The notes: generated by a model not told the origin, from the sequence alone. A stretch of 64,000 nt of DNA from Candidatus Calescibacterium sp. (GCA_025060505.1 JANXBU010000003.1:138001-202000); one strand, 5' to 3'. Shown: positions 38,069 to 48,237, counted from the stretch's first letter. Translations and numbers: made by a program.

Positions 38069-39217
38069 ATGAACAGGAGAAAGAAAGGTGTAGCAATACT
38101 TGGGTCAACGGGATCAATAGGAAGACAGACTCTTGAAGTTATAGAAAGCTTCAAAGATATATTTGAAGTCGTTGCTCTAACTGCTAACAGAAATATAGAT
38201 TTGATCTATGAGCAGATAAAAAAATACAGACCAAAGTATTTTTATGTAGCATCTGAGGAATTCAGATATGAGATAGAGGTAGATGGTGTAGAGTTCAGGA
38301 CTCAGAAAGAGATAATAATGTCAGATGAAGTAGATCTGGTTGTTGTTGGAATTCCGGGATTTGATTCTCTCGAACCTGTGTATGAATCTGTGAGATGTGG
38401 TAAGAAAGTTGCTGTAGCATCAAAAGAAGCTATACTTTGTGGTGGGAAAGTTATTTTCTCGATTGCGGAGTCAACTAAAGCAAAGATTTTGCCAATAGAT
38501 AGCGAGCATTCATCTTTATGGAGGATAATTGATAAATATGGGAAAGATAACATAAAGAAAGTTTATATAACTGCATCTGGGGGACCATTTCTTAATTTGC
38601 CAAAAGAGGAGCTTGAAAAGGTGAAGATTGAGGATGCTCTGAAGCATCCTGTGTGGAGCATGGGGAAGAAGATAACAATAGATAGTGCAAGTTTGATGAA
38701 CAAAGCATTTGAGGTTATAGAAGCCAGCTACCTTTTTGGTATACCATCTGACATAGTTTCGGTAAAGATCCATCCGGAGGCAATAGTTCATTCTGCTGTT
38801 GAATACAAAGATGGAACCACCATAATGTCAGCTCATTTTCCAGATATGAGAATCCCCATTCTTTATTCTATGCTTTATGGTGATGACTTTGAGATACCGT
38901 TTCAAACTCCACCAATATGGGATAAACCTCTGAGGTTTTATGATCCAGATGTGGAAAAGTTTCCGGCGATTTTGTTTGGATGGAGATGTGCTGAATACCC
39001 GATGCCAGTTGTACTCGTTTCAGCGGATGATGTTGCAGTGGAGCTTTTCCTTGAAAACAGAATAAAATTTACAGATATAACAAAGATTATAGATGAAACT
39101 CTTTCTTACTTTGAAAATTATTCCAGAAGTATAAATGTAGACACTATTGAGGATGTTTTCGATCTATCAAAGGAGGCAAAGAATAGGGCTCTGAATATAG
39201 CTCAGAAATTCTTCTGA
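38069..39217 (+). CDS. dxr: 1-deoxy-D-xylulose 5-phosphate reductoisomerase
   Basis: ILGSTGSIGRQTL, DSEHSSLW, SGGPF and HPVWSMGKKITIDSASLMNK. Confidence 0.92.
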   Translation: MNRRKKGVAILGSTGSIGRQTLEVIESFKDIFEVVALTANRNIDLIYEQIKKYRPKYFYVASEEFRYEIEVDGVEFRTQKEIIMSDEVDLVVVGIPGFDSLEPVYESVRCGKKVAVASKEAILCGGKVIFSIAESTKAKILPIDSEHSSLWRIIDKYGKDNIKKVYITASGGPFLNLPKEELEKVKIEDALKHPVWSMGKKITIDSASLMNKAFEVIEASYLFGIPSDIVSVKIHPEAIVHSAVEYKDGTTIMSAHFPDMRIPILYSMLYGDDFEIPFQTPPIWDKPLRFYDPDVEKFPAILFGWRCAEYPMPVVLVSADDVAVELFLENRIKFTDITKIIDETLSYFENYSRSINVDTIEDVFDLSKEAKNRALNIAQKFF

Positions 39218-39250
39218 ATTTTTAGTTGGAGCCTTTTTATTTTATGAAAT

Positions 39251-39952
39251 TCACATACCACCTGAGATTTTTATCAGCTGTCCTGTTATATAATCATTCT
39301 CTATTATGAATTTCAAAGCAGATAATATCTCTTCCATTTTACCTTCTCTTTTCATTGGAACTTTTTCTGAAAGTTTCTTTATATAGGTTTCGTCTTTTCC
39401 TTCAGGTGGTAGTATAACCCCAAGTGCTAAACAGTTTATTGTTAGATGCGGAGCAAACATTTTTGCCATTTCTTGTGTTGTATATTCAAGTAGTTTTTTA
39501 CCAAGATGATAAGGTATGAATTTCGTACGAAATGCTGTTGCATCAGATATCGTTATAACTTTTGATAGACTGTTTTTTTTCTTTGATTTTATCCAAAGAT
39601 TTTTTATCAGAATAAAATGGGAAAGAAACTCCGTTTTTATTCCTCTGAGTATTTCTCTCTCATTTAGTTTTTCCGGTTCTATTTTTCGGAAATCACTTGC
39701 GTTGCATATAAGTATATCTGTTTCCTTTATTAAGTTTGATAGTTTTGATATTGAGTTCAGGAAGTTAGCTCTTACTGTTTTGACATTGGATCCAGTTTTT
39801 TCGCATTCTTCTTTCAGCCGTTTCGCTTCTTTTTCTGACGAGTTATAGTGTATAATTAGATTTGCACCGAGTTTTGAAAGTTCAATTGAAAGGAAGGCGC
39901 CTAATCTTTTTGCTCCTCCAGTTATAAGTACTGTTTTTCCTTTTATATCCAT
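39251..39952 (-). CDS. short-chain dehydrogenase/reductase
   Basis: TGGAKRLG cofactor loop, and NASD. Substrate unknown. Confidence 0.7.
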   Translation of the reverse strand: MDIKGKTVLITGGAKRLGAFLSIELSKLGANLIIHYNSSEKEAKRLKEECEKTGSNVKTVRANFLNSISKLSNLIKETDILICNASDFRKIEPEKLNEREILRGIKTEFLSHFILIKNLWIKSKKKNSLSKVITISDATAFRTKFIPYHLGKKLLEYTTQEMAKMFAPHLTINCLALGVILPPEGKDETYIKKLSEKVPMKREGKMEEILSALKFIIENDYITGQLIKISGGM

Positions 39953-39956
39953 TACA

Positions 39957-40913
39957 TTAAACTTTTATCAGATTTACTATTGGACCGCACTCTGCTTTTA
40001 TTTCTATGTCTTCAGATCTAATAAGTTCTCCATCGAAATTGATACCGCTTTTGGCTTTTATAAAAGCTTCTTGAATAACGTCGTTGAAAGAGTGGGGGGG
40101 TCTCTTCTCTCCTCTCGCATAGGTTCTGAAATTTTTCAGAGCTGTCCATACATCTCCGGAATAAACAAGAAAATAAAATCCATCTTTATATTTTTCCGGT
40201 TCAGCAAATGGTCTGAAAAACAAAGCAGGTTCTCTGAAAATGGAACCTATTATAACGTAATGTGATTTGTATGGATACGGAGTTCCCTCAGTTATTATCT
40301 CAGCTTCAATTTGTCTGATCAGTCTTTCGTCATCTTGACCAAACACAAATTTTGCAATAGATGAATATATTGTTTGAATTATCGAGCTTTTTGAAGAAAT
40401 TCTTGACTCAATTACTTTTTGCGAAATTAGATAAGGAGTTCCCAGAAAAAAAGAAAAACATATTCTTTCTCCAAGAGGTGGTTTTATAAAGTTTAATTTT
40501 ATTGTGTTGAACTTCCTTATGTTATCTCTGGGTATTACTGGCACATTTCCCAAAGATGATAGGGTTTCGTAAAATCTGATCATAATATCGTCAAGATCGC
40601 CTTTCAGAGGTATTTTTTCTGCTACTGCGTTCAATGTTCCAGCTTTTCCAACCATTACAGGTATTTCTAGCTCTTTTTTTCTCCCGGTTTTTTCCCAAAG
40701 CAGATTTATTCCAGAATTTAATGTTCCGTCTCCTCCTACAAAACACCAAACATCGACTTTATCTATATTTTCTGATATTATTCTTTCAAGATCTTGAATT
40801 CTTTCAGTTTCTTCAAATATGTATGCGTGGTCTTTGAGTATGGCGCGTATTCTTCTGGCTATACCTTTCCTGTTTCTTCGAGCATTTATGTTGCATACTA
40901 TACCGACTTTCAT
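39957..40913 (-). CDS. DAGK/NAD-kinase-like lipid or small-molecule kinase
   Basis: GGDGTLN motif with a preceding Rossmann-like strand. Substrate not inferable. Confidence 0.5.
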   Translation of the reverse strand: MKVGIVCNINARRNRKGIARRIRAILKDHAYIFEETERIQDLERIISENIDKVDVWCFVGGDGTLNSGINLLWEKTGRKKELEIPVMVGKAGTLNAVAEKIPLKGDLDDIMIRFYETLSSLGNVPVIPRDNIRKFNTIKLNFIKPPLGERICFSFFLGTPYLISQKVIESRISSKSSIIQTIYSSIAKFVFGQDDERLIRQIEAEIITEGTPYPYKSHYVIIGSIFREPALFFRPFAEPEKYKDGFYFLVYSGDVWTALKNFRTYARGEKRPPHSFNDVIQEAFIKAKSGINFDGELIRSEDIEIKAECGPIVNLIKV

Positions 40914-41166
40914 ATGGAGACTCTAATAATATGATAAGTTATTTATAGGTTGTAGAGTTTTTCAATCTCTTATTAATTTTTGTTTTACTTTTTCCTATCG
41001 TGTTCTTTTTGTGGATTGACGATGTATTTTTATTCGTCAAGATTATATATAGATTCTCGTTTTAAATTTTTCTTAAGATCAATGAATTTTTAAAGATTTT
41101 TCCTATATCTGCGGCAAATTTTCAATAAATTGCAAGGTTTTCGCGACGTAATTTTTTAAAAGATTT

Positions 41167-41697
41167 CTAAGTTCTTTTTATCTTTGTGGAGACAATATCG
41201 AGCACCATATGTATTGTGTCTCCGGATGATATTCCAATTAAGAAGGCGATGAGGAATTTTAGATCAATATCAAGCAGAATATGTACTGTTGAGAAAAAAG
41301 ATTCTCTGAGAACCAGAAGAAAATTTTTGGTTTTCATTTCAACTCCAAGAAATACGAATATTGCCGTAAGGAAATAAATTATCAGGGCTGATATGAAGGC
41401 GATTGATAAAGTAAGATAAATGGATCTGATAATTGAGGAAACTACGGGAAAATGAGATAGAAATGATCTGTGTTTTACTAGCTTCATGTATGGTATCCAG
41501 ATGAACCTTAGAAACGACCATCTTCTATAAGCTTTTGATTTTGTGTCAAGGTCTGGGGAGAGAAAGAATACTCCAAAGATTATAGATATGAAAAATACAG
41601 CAGAAGCTCCTAAATCTCTTGTAATTTTGTAGTAAAGATATGTCAAAGGAATAGTGAATAGGGAAGCAAAAACTTCGTGGGTATGGTATCTTGGCAT
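41167..41697 (-). CDS. integral membrane protein (possibly DUF2227-like)
   Basis: MPRYHTHE N-terminus and 4-5 TM helices. 2-nt gap after fliA. Confidence 0.4.
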   Translation of the reverse strand: MPRYHTHEVFASLFTIPLTYLYYKITRDLGASAVFFISIIFGVFFLSPDLDTKSKAYRRWSFLRFIWIPYMKLVKHRSFLSHFPVVSSIIRSIYLTLSIAFISALIIYFLTAIFVFLGVEMKTKNFLLVLRESFFSTVHILLDIDLKFLIAFLIGISSGDTIHMVLDIVSTKIKRT

Positions 41698-41699
41698 TT

Positions 41700-42443
41700 T
41701 TAGACCATAACTTTACCCTCAAGTTCCTTTCGGAGTTTCAGCAGAGCTTTTGAATGTATTTGGGAGATTCTTGATTCGCTTACGTTTAACTTCCTGGAAA
41801 TCTCCTTCATATGAAATCCATCAAGATAGTACAATTTTATTATTTCTCTTTCTCTTTCATCTAGTTTTTCCAATGCTTTTTCTATTATCTTTCGCAAGTT
41901 GGAGTTTTCTGCAAATTTGAAAGGATCCTTTACATTCTCATCATTTATAAGTTCATAGAGTAACTTTCCTTCCGACGAATTCTGATCAAATACAACTTCA
42001 TCAAGAGAGATAATTGACAGATTTGTTATTCTTTCAAGTTCAATATGATATTCTTCAAGTGTTATTCCGAGTTCTTTTGCAACTTCCTCATCGGTAGGTT
42101 CTCTACCGAGTTTGTTTTGTAGTTCTTTTATGGTGTTTGCAATTTGTTTGACCATAAGTCTTGATGATCTTGAAAGTACATCTGTTTTGCGCAGGTAGTC
42201 TATGATTGCTCCTCTTATTCTTATTTCTGCCCAGTTTTCAAACCTTCCTTTTGATTGATCAAATTTTTGTGCAGCTTCTATGAGTCCCAGGATACCTTCG
42301 GAAACGAGTTCTTCTCTTGCCATGCTATCTGGAAGTCTTGGAGCAACCTTGCGTACAACCATCTCGACCAAGTGTATGTTTTCCTCTACGATCTTTCTTA
42401 TATCTTTATTTACAATCTTTGGTTCTTTACTCTTCCTTCCCAT
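41700..42443 (-). CDS. fliA: FliA/WhiG-type (sigma-28) RNA polymerase sigma factor
   Basis: Region 2 (GILGLIEAAQKFD, RIRGAIIDYLRK). Region 4 HTH (ISRKLNVSESRISQIHSKAL). Confidence 0.85.
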   Translation of the reverse strand: MGRKSKEPKIVNKDIRKIVEENIHLVEMVVRKVAPRLPDSMAREELVSEGILGLIEAAQKFDQSKGRFENWAEIRIRGAIIDYLRKTDVLSRSSRLMVKQIANTIKELQNKLGREPTDEEVAKELGITLEEYHIELERITNLSIISLDEVVFDQNSSEGKLLYELINDENVKDPFKFAENSNLRKIIEKALEKLDEREREIIKLYYLDGFHMKEISRKLNVSESRISQIHSKALLKLRKELEGKVMV

Positions 42444-42455
42444 CTCCTGAATAAA

Positions 42456-43592
42456 TTATAAAATTTTTTTATATGTGTTTTTATATCGCTTAATGTTGAG
42501 ATTTTCTGTTATTTCTGTATTTCCTATTACTCCGAAAAATTCATATTTGCAGACTTTGCATCTGCTGCTGGTTTTATCAAGATTTTCGAATGATGAAGTG
42601 AAACCATATCTTGAAATCAGAATGTTTCCACAAGAAGGACAGTATGTGTTTTCTCCTTTATCTCCCCAGACGTTTCCGACATAAACAAATTTGAGTTTCG
42701 CACGAGCTATATCATAGGCTTTTTTTAGCACATCTAGTGGAGTTGGAGGTTTGTCTCTCATAAGAAAATGCGGAAAGAATCTTGATATATGAAGCGGTAT
42801 TCTATTGTCTATTTCGGAAATGAAATCTACAACTTGTTTAAAATCCTCTTCTTTATCATTTACTCCGGGTATAATGAGGTAGGTAAGCTCTATGAAAGGT
42901 TTCCCATTTTTTTTGAATTTTTCAAAAGATCTTCTTATTGAGGTCAAGACTGGTTTCAGATGTGCATCACTTACTTCTTTGTAGAGTTCTTCTTTTGCGA
43001 ATTTCAGATCTATGTTCATCGCATCCACAAAATCAGAAAGTTCCTCAAATGGTTGGACGCTTATGTATCCGTTTGTCACAAGAACAACTTTCATGTCTGG
43101 TGCCGATTTTTTGAGGAGATTTGCTGTGTCAATTATGAATTCAAACCATATTGTGGGCTCATTGTATGTGAATGCAATACCGATATTCCTGCTAGATTTA
43201 CTTTCAACTATTAAAGATACAAGCTCCTTGGGTGTAATAGATCTTACGGGAACAACTCCTTCTACGAGTTCCCAGTTCTGACAAAACTTGCAAGAGAAAT
43301 TGCAACCTACACCTCCTATTGATAAGATGTTGTATGTTGGATAAAAATGAAAGAGAGGTTTTTTCTCTATTGGATCAAGACATATTGAGGCGTACTTTCC
43401 ATAAGATCCTGCATAAAGTTTCCCTCCCTTGTTTATTCTAACAAGACATTTCCCAGCTTCTCCATCTGGTATATCACATCCTTGCGGACACAAAACACAC
43501 TTTACATAACCCCCTTCTTTTTTTAGGTAGTATTTTGCCTCATAATCCCCTCCTTTTATAGGGAAAGTATCTTTATAGAACCCGATGGACAT
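42456..43592 (-). CDS. AmmeMemoRadiSam-system-type radical SAM enzyme
   Basis: N-terminal Cys cluster CVLCPQGC, DPIEKKPLFHF, CNFSCKFCQNWE, and a C-terminal CPSCG...CKVC ribbon typical of the family. Confidence 0.7.
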   Translation of the reverse strand: MSIGFYKDTFPIKGGDYEAKYYLKKEGGYVKCVLCPQGCDIPDGEAGKCLVRINKGGKLYAGSYGKYASICLDPIEKKPLFHFYPTYNILSIGGVGCNFSCKFCQNWELVEGVVPVRSITPKELVSLIVESKSSRNIGIAFTYNEPTIWFEFIIDTANLLKKSAPDMKVVLVTNGYISVQPFEELSDFVDAMNIDLKFAKEELYKEVSDAHLKPVLTSIRRSFEKFKKNGKPFIELTYLIIPGVNDKEEDFKQVVDFISEIDNRIPLHISRFFPHFLMRDKPPTPLDVLKKAYDIARAKLKFVYVGNVWGDKGENTYCPSCGNILISRYGFTSSFENLDKTSSRCKVCKYEFFGVIGNTEITENLNIKRYKNTYKKIL

Positions 43593-43712
43593 AATTAAAA
43601 CTTACTCATAAAACGCAATCTGTAGGTAATTGCTGAATACATCAAAACGAATCAAGACATTTTTGTTTCTCGTTTGTAAGAGGGAAGCTGGTTTGGATAT
43701 TTTCTGTAATTT

Positions 43713-43946
43713 TCAGAAGAGTATTTTTTCGTCGTACTTTTTGCTCTCTTCTGATACCTCTTTGTATAGGACTTTGCCGTCTGCTATTTCTCTTAATGCT
43801 ACGACTATTTCTTTGTTTCCTTCAAGGTTATCAACCAAAGGTCTTGCATTTCTGACAAGCTGATAAGCCCTTATTATAGCCATGCGAACCAAAACAAATT
43901 TATTTGGTACCTTTTCAAGGCAATCTTCAATGGTTATTCTTGCCAT
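43713..43946 (-). CDS. rpoZ: RNA polymerase omega subunit
   Basis: MARITIEDCLEKVPNKFVLVRMAIIRAYQL. Confidence 0.9.
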   Translation of the reverse strand: MARITIEDCLEKVPNKFVLVRMAIIRAYQLVRNARPLVDNLEGNKEIVVALREIADGKVLYKEVSEESKKYDEKILF

Positions 43947-44113
43947 ATTTTCTTACCTTATTCCGAAATATTAAACCTTTATGTTTTTTCAAGAATTTTT
44001 GTTTTGCCACAATCATCTGGAAATTGCTTGCCTAGTGAGATTTGATCGTGGAGATAGTTTTTACTTCAAAAAAGATCATTTAAATTGAATATGCCTTGAA
44101 TTGAGCTGAGAAT

Positions 44114-45007
44114 TTAGCTACTGTGATTTACAGATTTAATTTTCTTCTCAAATTCTTTCAGAGTTCTTGCCTTTATTACTTCCTTCTTCAAGAGCCTAAG
44201 TTTATCTACATCGTCAATATGGATTATCTCCTTCTTGATTGATCTGGATATTTTACCAAACTTGATGCGTATAGCGAACAGCAATGCTTCCTTCAATCCT
44301 TCCTTTCTTCCTTTTTGTATACCTTCTTCAAGTCCCTTCTGTTTTCCTTCCTGATATAGCCATGTTTTAGTTATATCTATATCTATCACCGCTTTTTCTA
44401 CCTCCTTCCTCAAATCTTCTCTTATGTCTCTGAGCTCCGCAAATACTCCTAATCTATTTATATATTCTAACATATCGTGTTTGCTTATCTCTCTTTTCTC
44501 AAAACTTTGCCTGAGCCTTGATATTATGTTTCTTATAACTTCTGAAATATTATCTGTTCTACCAAGTATCCCAAGCAGATACACGTCCGGATTATCTGAT
44601 TCTAAAAATTTGTCAGCTTCAACTTTCTTCAAGTCTATTATCTCATACTCATACAAAATAGATGTCCCATCTGTTCTCATCTCTATCCTGTTGCTCATTT
44701 TAAGTTCATCCTTTCCTAAGTAGATTACTATCTGTTTTACTGGAAGATTGTGTTTTGAAATGACGACATAAAAATAACCAAGCATCCTTTTTGGCATATC
44801 TGGATCGTTTTTAGCCTGAAACTCTATGTGTAAAATCAACTCTGTTCCATCTTTAAGTTTCACAATCGCTAAAAAATCTGCCACAAGCTTACCGACTTGC
44901 ATCTCCTGCGATATCGGCCTTATCTCTACAAACTCGTATCCAAGAATCCTCAGAACCCCAAGCGCTACCTTCTCGAAAGTTGCTTTTATTGAAGAGTCAT
45001 ATTTCAT
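44114..45007 (-). CDS. Rpn/YhgA-like PD-(D/E)XK recombination-promoting nuclease (putative transposase family) with a DUF4351-like C-terminal domain
   Basis: YDSSIKATF N-terminus, ADFLAIV...LILHIEFQ nuclease core, and C-terminal EGKQKGLEEGIQKGRKEG...IRIKFG. Confidence 0.65.
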   Translation of the reverse strand: MKYDSSIKATFEKVALGVLRILGYEFVEIRPISQEMQVGKLVADFLAIVKLKDGTELILHIEFQAKNDPDMPKRMLGYFYVVISKHNLPVKQIVIYLGKDELKMSNRIEMRTDGTSILYEYEIIDLKKVEADKFLESDNPDVYLLGILGRTDNISEVIRNIISRLRQSFEKREISKHDMLEYINRLGVFAELRDIREDLRKEVEKAVIDIDITKTWLYQEGKQKGLEEGIQKGRKEGLKEALLFAIRIKFGKISRSIKKEIIHIDDVDKLRLLKKEVIKARTLKEFEKKIKSVNHSS

Positions 45008-45347
45008 CCCTTTGAATTTGAGAATTTTCAGGGAAGTAATCGGAAATCTGAAAAGAGTTGGAGGTATTCATCTGAGCTTTGGTTCGGATAAAAAATTACT
45101 AAATCTACATATGTATTGTCCCTATTCTGTATGGCAAAATCCGAAACAAAATTTTCTTGCGTAGTATTTGGGTTCTTTGAAATTTTGATCTCTTATAAAA
45201 AATTATTCTATTCGGGATTGCTGAGAATTTTCTCATTTGGTTCTTGGATCATCTATCTTTCTTTTGGATGTTTTTTTGACATTGTAAGATTTTTCTGATA
45301 AAACTTGAATATCATCAAATTTTAAATATAATTTACACATTTCAATT

Positions 45348-45911
45348 GTGTCAGAGATACTGTATATTCCAAATATAATAACTGCTTTTCGGTTAGTTCT
45401 CACTCCTTTCATTTTGTATCATATGTATTTTGAGAATTGGCAGATAGCTTTTTTTGTTGGGTTTGTTGCGGTGGTTTCTGATTTTCTTGATGGAACAATA
45501 GCGAGAAGATTGAACATGGTTTCCGATTTTGGTAGGAAATTTGATCCAACGGTTGATAAGATTGTTTTGCTTTCTATATTTTTTGTGATATACCAGAAAA
45601 AACTTGCACCAGATTGGTTTTCTTTGATGGTTATAGTAAAGGATGTTTCTATTCCTGTTGTTCTTCTGATAGGCAAGATGAGGGGGGTGAAATTGAATTT
45701 TTCTCCGACAAAGATGGGTAAAGCTGCTGTTGCTTTGCAGTTTTTATATGTTATACTTCTTGTGTCGGAAAAGGCACTGGATATAAAAACATATTACGCT
45801 TATCTTATGTTTCCGATGGTCGTTTTCTGTTTTCTTTCATTGGCAAGCTATGTGGTGCTGATATATAAGCTTGTAAGTAGAGCAAAGGTGGAGGATAAAA
45901 TTGATATTTGA
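45348..45911 (+). CDS. CDP-alcohol phosphatidyltransferase (second paralogue, canonical motif)
   Basis: DFLDGTIARRLNMVSDFGRKFDPTVDK. GTG start. Confidence 0.8.
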   Translation: MSEILYIPNIITAFRLVLTPFILYHMYFENWQIAFFVGFVAVVSDFLDGTIARRLNMVSDFGRKFDPTVDKIVLLSIFFVIYQKKLAPDWFSLMVIVKDVSIPVVLLIGKMRGVKLNFSPTKMGKAAVALQFLYVILLVSEKALDIKTYYAYLMFPMVVFCFLSLASYVVLIYKLVSRAKVEDKIDI

Positions 45912-45957
45912 ATTTTTTGTTTATTCTGTATTTGTCTGTTCATACTTTCTTTGCTTA

Positions 45958-46443
45958 TCAGTAGCTGATTTGTGGTGGAGTTATTTGTTTTCTTTCTTTT
46001 ATCTCTCCAATATACTGAGGAGGTTGAATATAGTATGAGCCATTTTCCTTCACAAAGACTATGTTGTTATATATTCTGATGTCCTCAACTGGATATTTTC
46101 TTCTTAACTTTATTTCGACTTCAAATTCGCAAGCATTTTCAGCGATTTTTGAAGAGAGAATTCTAAATGATTCAAATGTACCATAAAAAGCTTCTTGTTC
46201 TCTGATTTTGTATATTACCGAGGAAATGAATATTTCTGCTTGTTCTGTATCTTTGAAGAATTTCGTTATCAGATCTTTCGTTCTTACATCTCTTATATCA
46301 TATCTGCTAAGTGTATTCATCAGTTCATTTAAAGCTGAAAGTTCTTCTGAACACTCCTGTGGAACATAAGCAATCTTATGGGAAGAACAGTATATTGGTA
46401 TAAGAATTAAGATTGAGAATATTGTTATCTTTATAAATCTCAT
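45958..46443 (-). CDS. hypothetical lipoprotein
   Basis: Signal peptide with the lipobox-like sequence LIPIYC. Confidence 0.5.
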   Translation of the reverse strand: MRFIKITIFSILILIPIYCSSHKIAYVPQECSEELSALNELMNTLSRYDIRDVRTKDLITKFFKDTEQAEIFISSVIYKIREQEAFYGTFESFRILSSKIAENACEFEVEIKLRRKYPVEDIRIYNNIVFVKENGSYYIQPPQYIGEIKERKQITPPQISY

Positions 46444-46496
46444 CTTTCTTCCGAAATTAGTTTTATTTGCTTGAGGTATTTATAAAATCAGATATT

Positions 46497-47072
46497 ATGG
46501 AAGAAAGAGCGTACAAGTTGAGCAAGAAAACGAAGGAAGCAGATATAGATTTGAAGATAAACATAGACGGAACGGGAAAAAGCAAAGTAGAAACTACTGT
46601 TGGATTTTTAGATCATATGCTTACAATATTTTCTGAATTTTCTCTATTTGATATTGAACTTTCTGCCAAAGGCGACACTCATATAGATAATCACCATCTT
46701 GTTGAGGAGATTGGTTTGTGTATGGGGGAGGCTATAATGTCGAGTTGTGGTAAAGACATAAGAAGGTTTGGGAGCGAAAAAGTTCCTCTTGACGAAGCTC
46801 TGTGCGAATTTGTTGTTGATATATCTGGAAGACCTTATTTTTTTCTGCACGGAGCAGAGCTTATAAGGGAGCCGTTTTACCTCAACATACTGTACATATT
46901 TTTTGATGGTCTGGCTCGGGGTGGGAAATTTACTACACATTGTTCAGTATACTACGGAATGAACTCTCATCACATAGTTGAAGCATCTTTTAAAGCTTCA
47001 GCTCTCGCGTTCCACCAAGCAACGAGAAAAAGAGGCGTAGAAAGAATACCTTCAACAAAGGGATATATATAA
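46497..47072 (+). CDS. hisB: imidazoleglycerol-phosphate dehydratase
   Basis: GFLDHML, DTHIDNHHLVEE and NSHHIVEA. Start set at MEERAYKL. Confidence 0.9.
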   Translation: MEERAYKLSKKTKEADIDLKINIDGTGKSKVETTVGFLDHMLTIFSEFSLFDIELSAKGDTHIDNHHLVEEIGLCMGEAIMSSCGKDIRRFGSEKVPLDEALCEFVVDISGRPYFFLHGAELIREPFYLNILYIFFDGLARGGKFTTHCSVYYGMNSHHIVEASFKASALAFHQATRKRGVERIPSTKGYI

Positions 47073-47223
47073 CTCTCCTGAATCAGAAGATTTCTTGTCA
47101 AAGTAGATCATTAAATTAGATTTATCAAAAATGAGATGCTCAAATATAATATCTCAGACAACGATATCTCAAATATATCAGATCTATATGGTGGTAATGC
47201 GGATTAATATAAAATTATGGTAG

Positions 47224-47400
47224 ATGGAGAAATATGATATATCTTTTAAGAATTTGATTTATTTCATTTCAGCAGCCGGAAAAAGAGCTTTTGAAAATAA
47301 TAGGTCTTGATGTATCTGATCTACGTGTTCTTAATGTAAATTCTAAGTTAATCAATCTCTTTTTCATCTATAATGTTTGAATTCCGGAAAAACACATTTG
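47224..47400 (+). pseudogene. N-terminal fragment of a second Rpn-like nuclease gene, frameshifted and truncated
   Basis: MEKYDISFKNLIYF then a stop. The shifted frame gives (L)LKIIGLDVSDLRVLNVN. Compare MKYDSSIKATFEKVALGVLRILG of the intact copy. Confidence 0.45.
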
Positions 47401-47682
47401 TAATCAAGGAGTATTCTTAATTTTCTAATTGAGCATCTGATGCATTCAAATGATTTGGATCACAATGGAAACAGACCAGCTCTGTTGGAATTGATTGACG
47501 GTTTTTGTCCGAATTTCTTACAAATTATTTAAAAACAAGCTCTTAAAGAGTAAGGTTGCGGATGCTGTGAGATTTACATAACAATGATATATATTTAGAT
47601 AACAATGATATATTAATTTGTAGTCTCGATGGACTGAAAATGTTAATTGACACTTGTTTTTGTATTTCTGGAGTAATAGAAT

Positions 47683-48237
47683 TTAAGCTCTTCCGACGTA
47701 TTCGTTGGTTTCTGTATTAACTTTGATTTTATCACCTTTTTTGATGTGTAGCGGAACATTTATGGTCATACCATTTGACAAAGTTGCCGGTTTTATCCCC
47801 CCAGATTCAGTATCTCCTCTGACACCGGGGGGAGTTTCAATTACTTCGAACTCCATAACCTTTGGTATTCTTACCGTTAGTGCTATTTCATCGCCTAAGA
47901 TTACATCAAAGTCAACACCTTCTGTGAACCATTGTATCTTATCTTCAAGGATTTTTTCGTCGAACCTGTATTCTTCGTAAGTTTCAGAATCAAGAAATAC
48001 ATATTGGTTAGCATCTTTATATACGAACTTAGCTGGTCTGATTGATATGTCGGGAGCTTCTATTTTATCTGACGACACAAATGTTCTATCTATAACTTTA
48101 CCTGATACAATATCTTTGAGTTTTACTTTAACATGTGGTTGCCTTTGGGCTATTTTTTGTTTTTCAAAATTAACAACTTCATATATTCTCCCTTCCAATC
48201 TTACGAATGTTCCAACTCTTAGGTCTCCGGCTTCCAT
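47683..48237 (-). CDS. efp: elongation factor P
   Basis: Three-domain layout with ETPPGVRGDT, KPATLSNG and EYVGRA. The loop sequence is non-canonical (see findings). Confidence 0.88.
   Translation of the reverse strand: MEAGDLRVGTFVRLEGRIYEVVNFEKQKIAQRQPHVKVKLKDIVSGKVIDRTFVSSDKIEAPDISIRPAKFVYKDANQYVFLDSETYEEYRFDEKILEDKIQWFTEGVDFDVILGDEIALTVRIPKVMEFEVIETPPGVRGDTESGGIKPATLSNGMTINVPLHIKKGDKIKVNTETNEYVGRA

Noticed and set aside
40539-40555. TGGCAC hexamer considered as a sigma-54 -24 element
   Set aside because: It lies inside the coding sequence of the kinase-like gene. The -12 position reads CCAAA rather than TTGC. No convincing sigma-54 or sigma-28 promoter was found by eye elsewhere.
42456-42700. 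C-terminal CxxC...CxxC ribbon of the radical SAM enzyme considered as a novel fusion
   Set aside because: As far as I recall, this ribbon is a normal part of AmmeMemoRadiSam-type radical SAM proteins. Only the absence of adjacent AMMECR1 and Memo genes is notable, and that is common.
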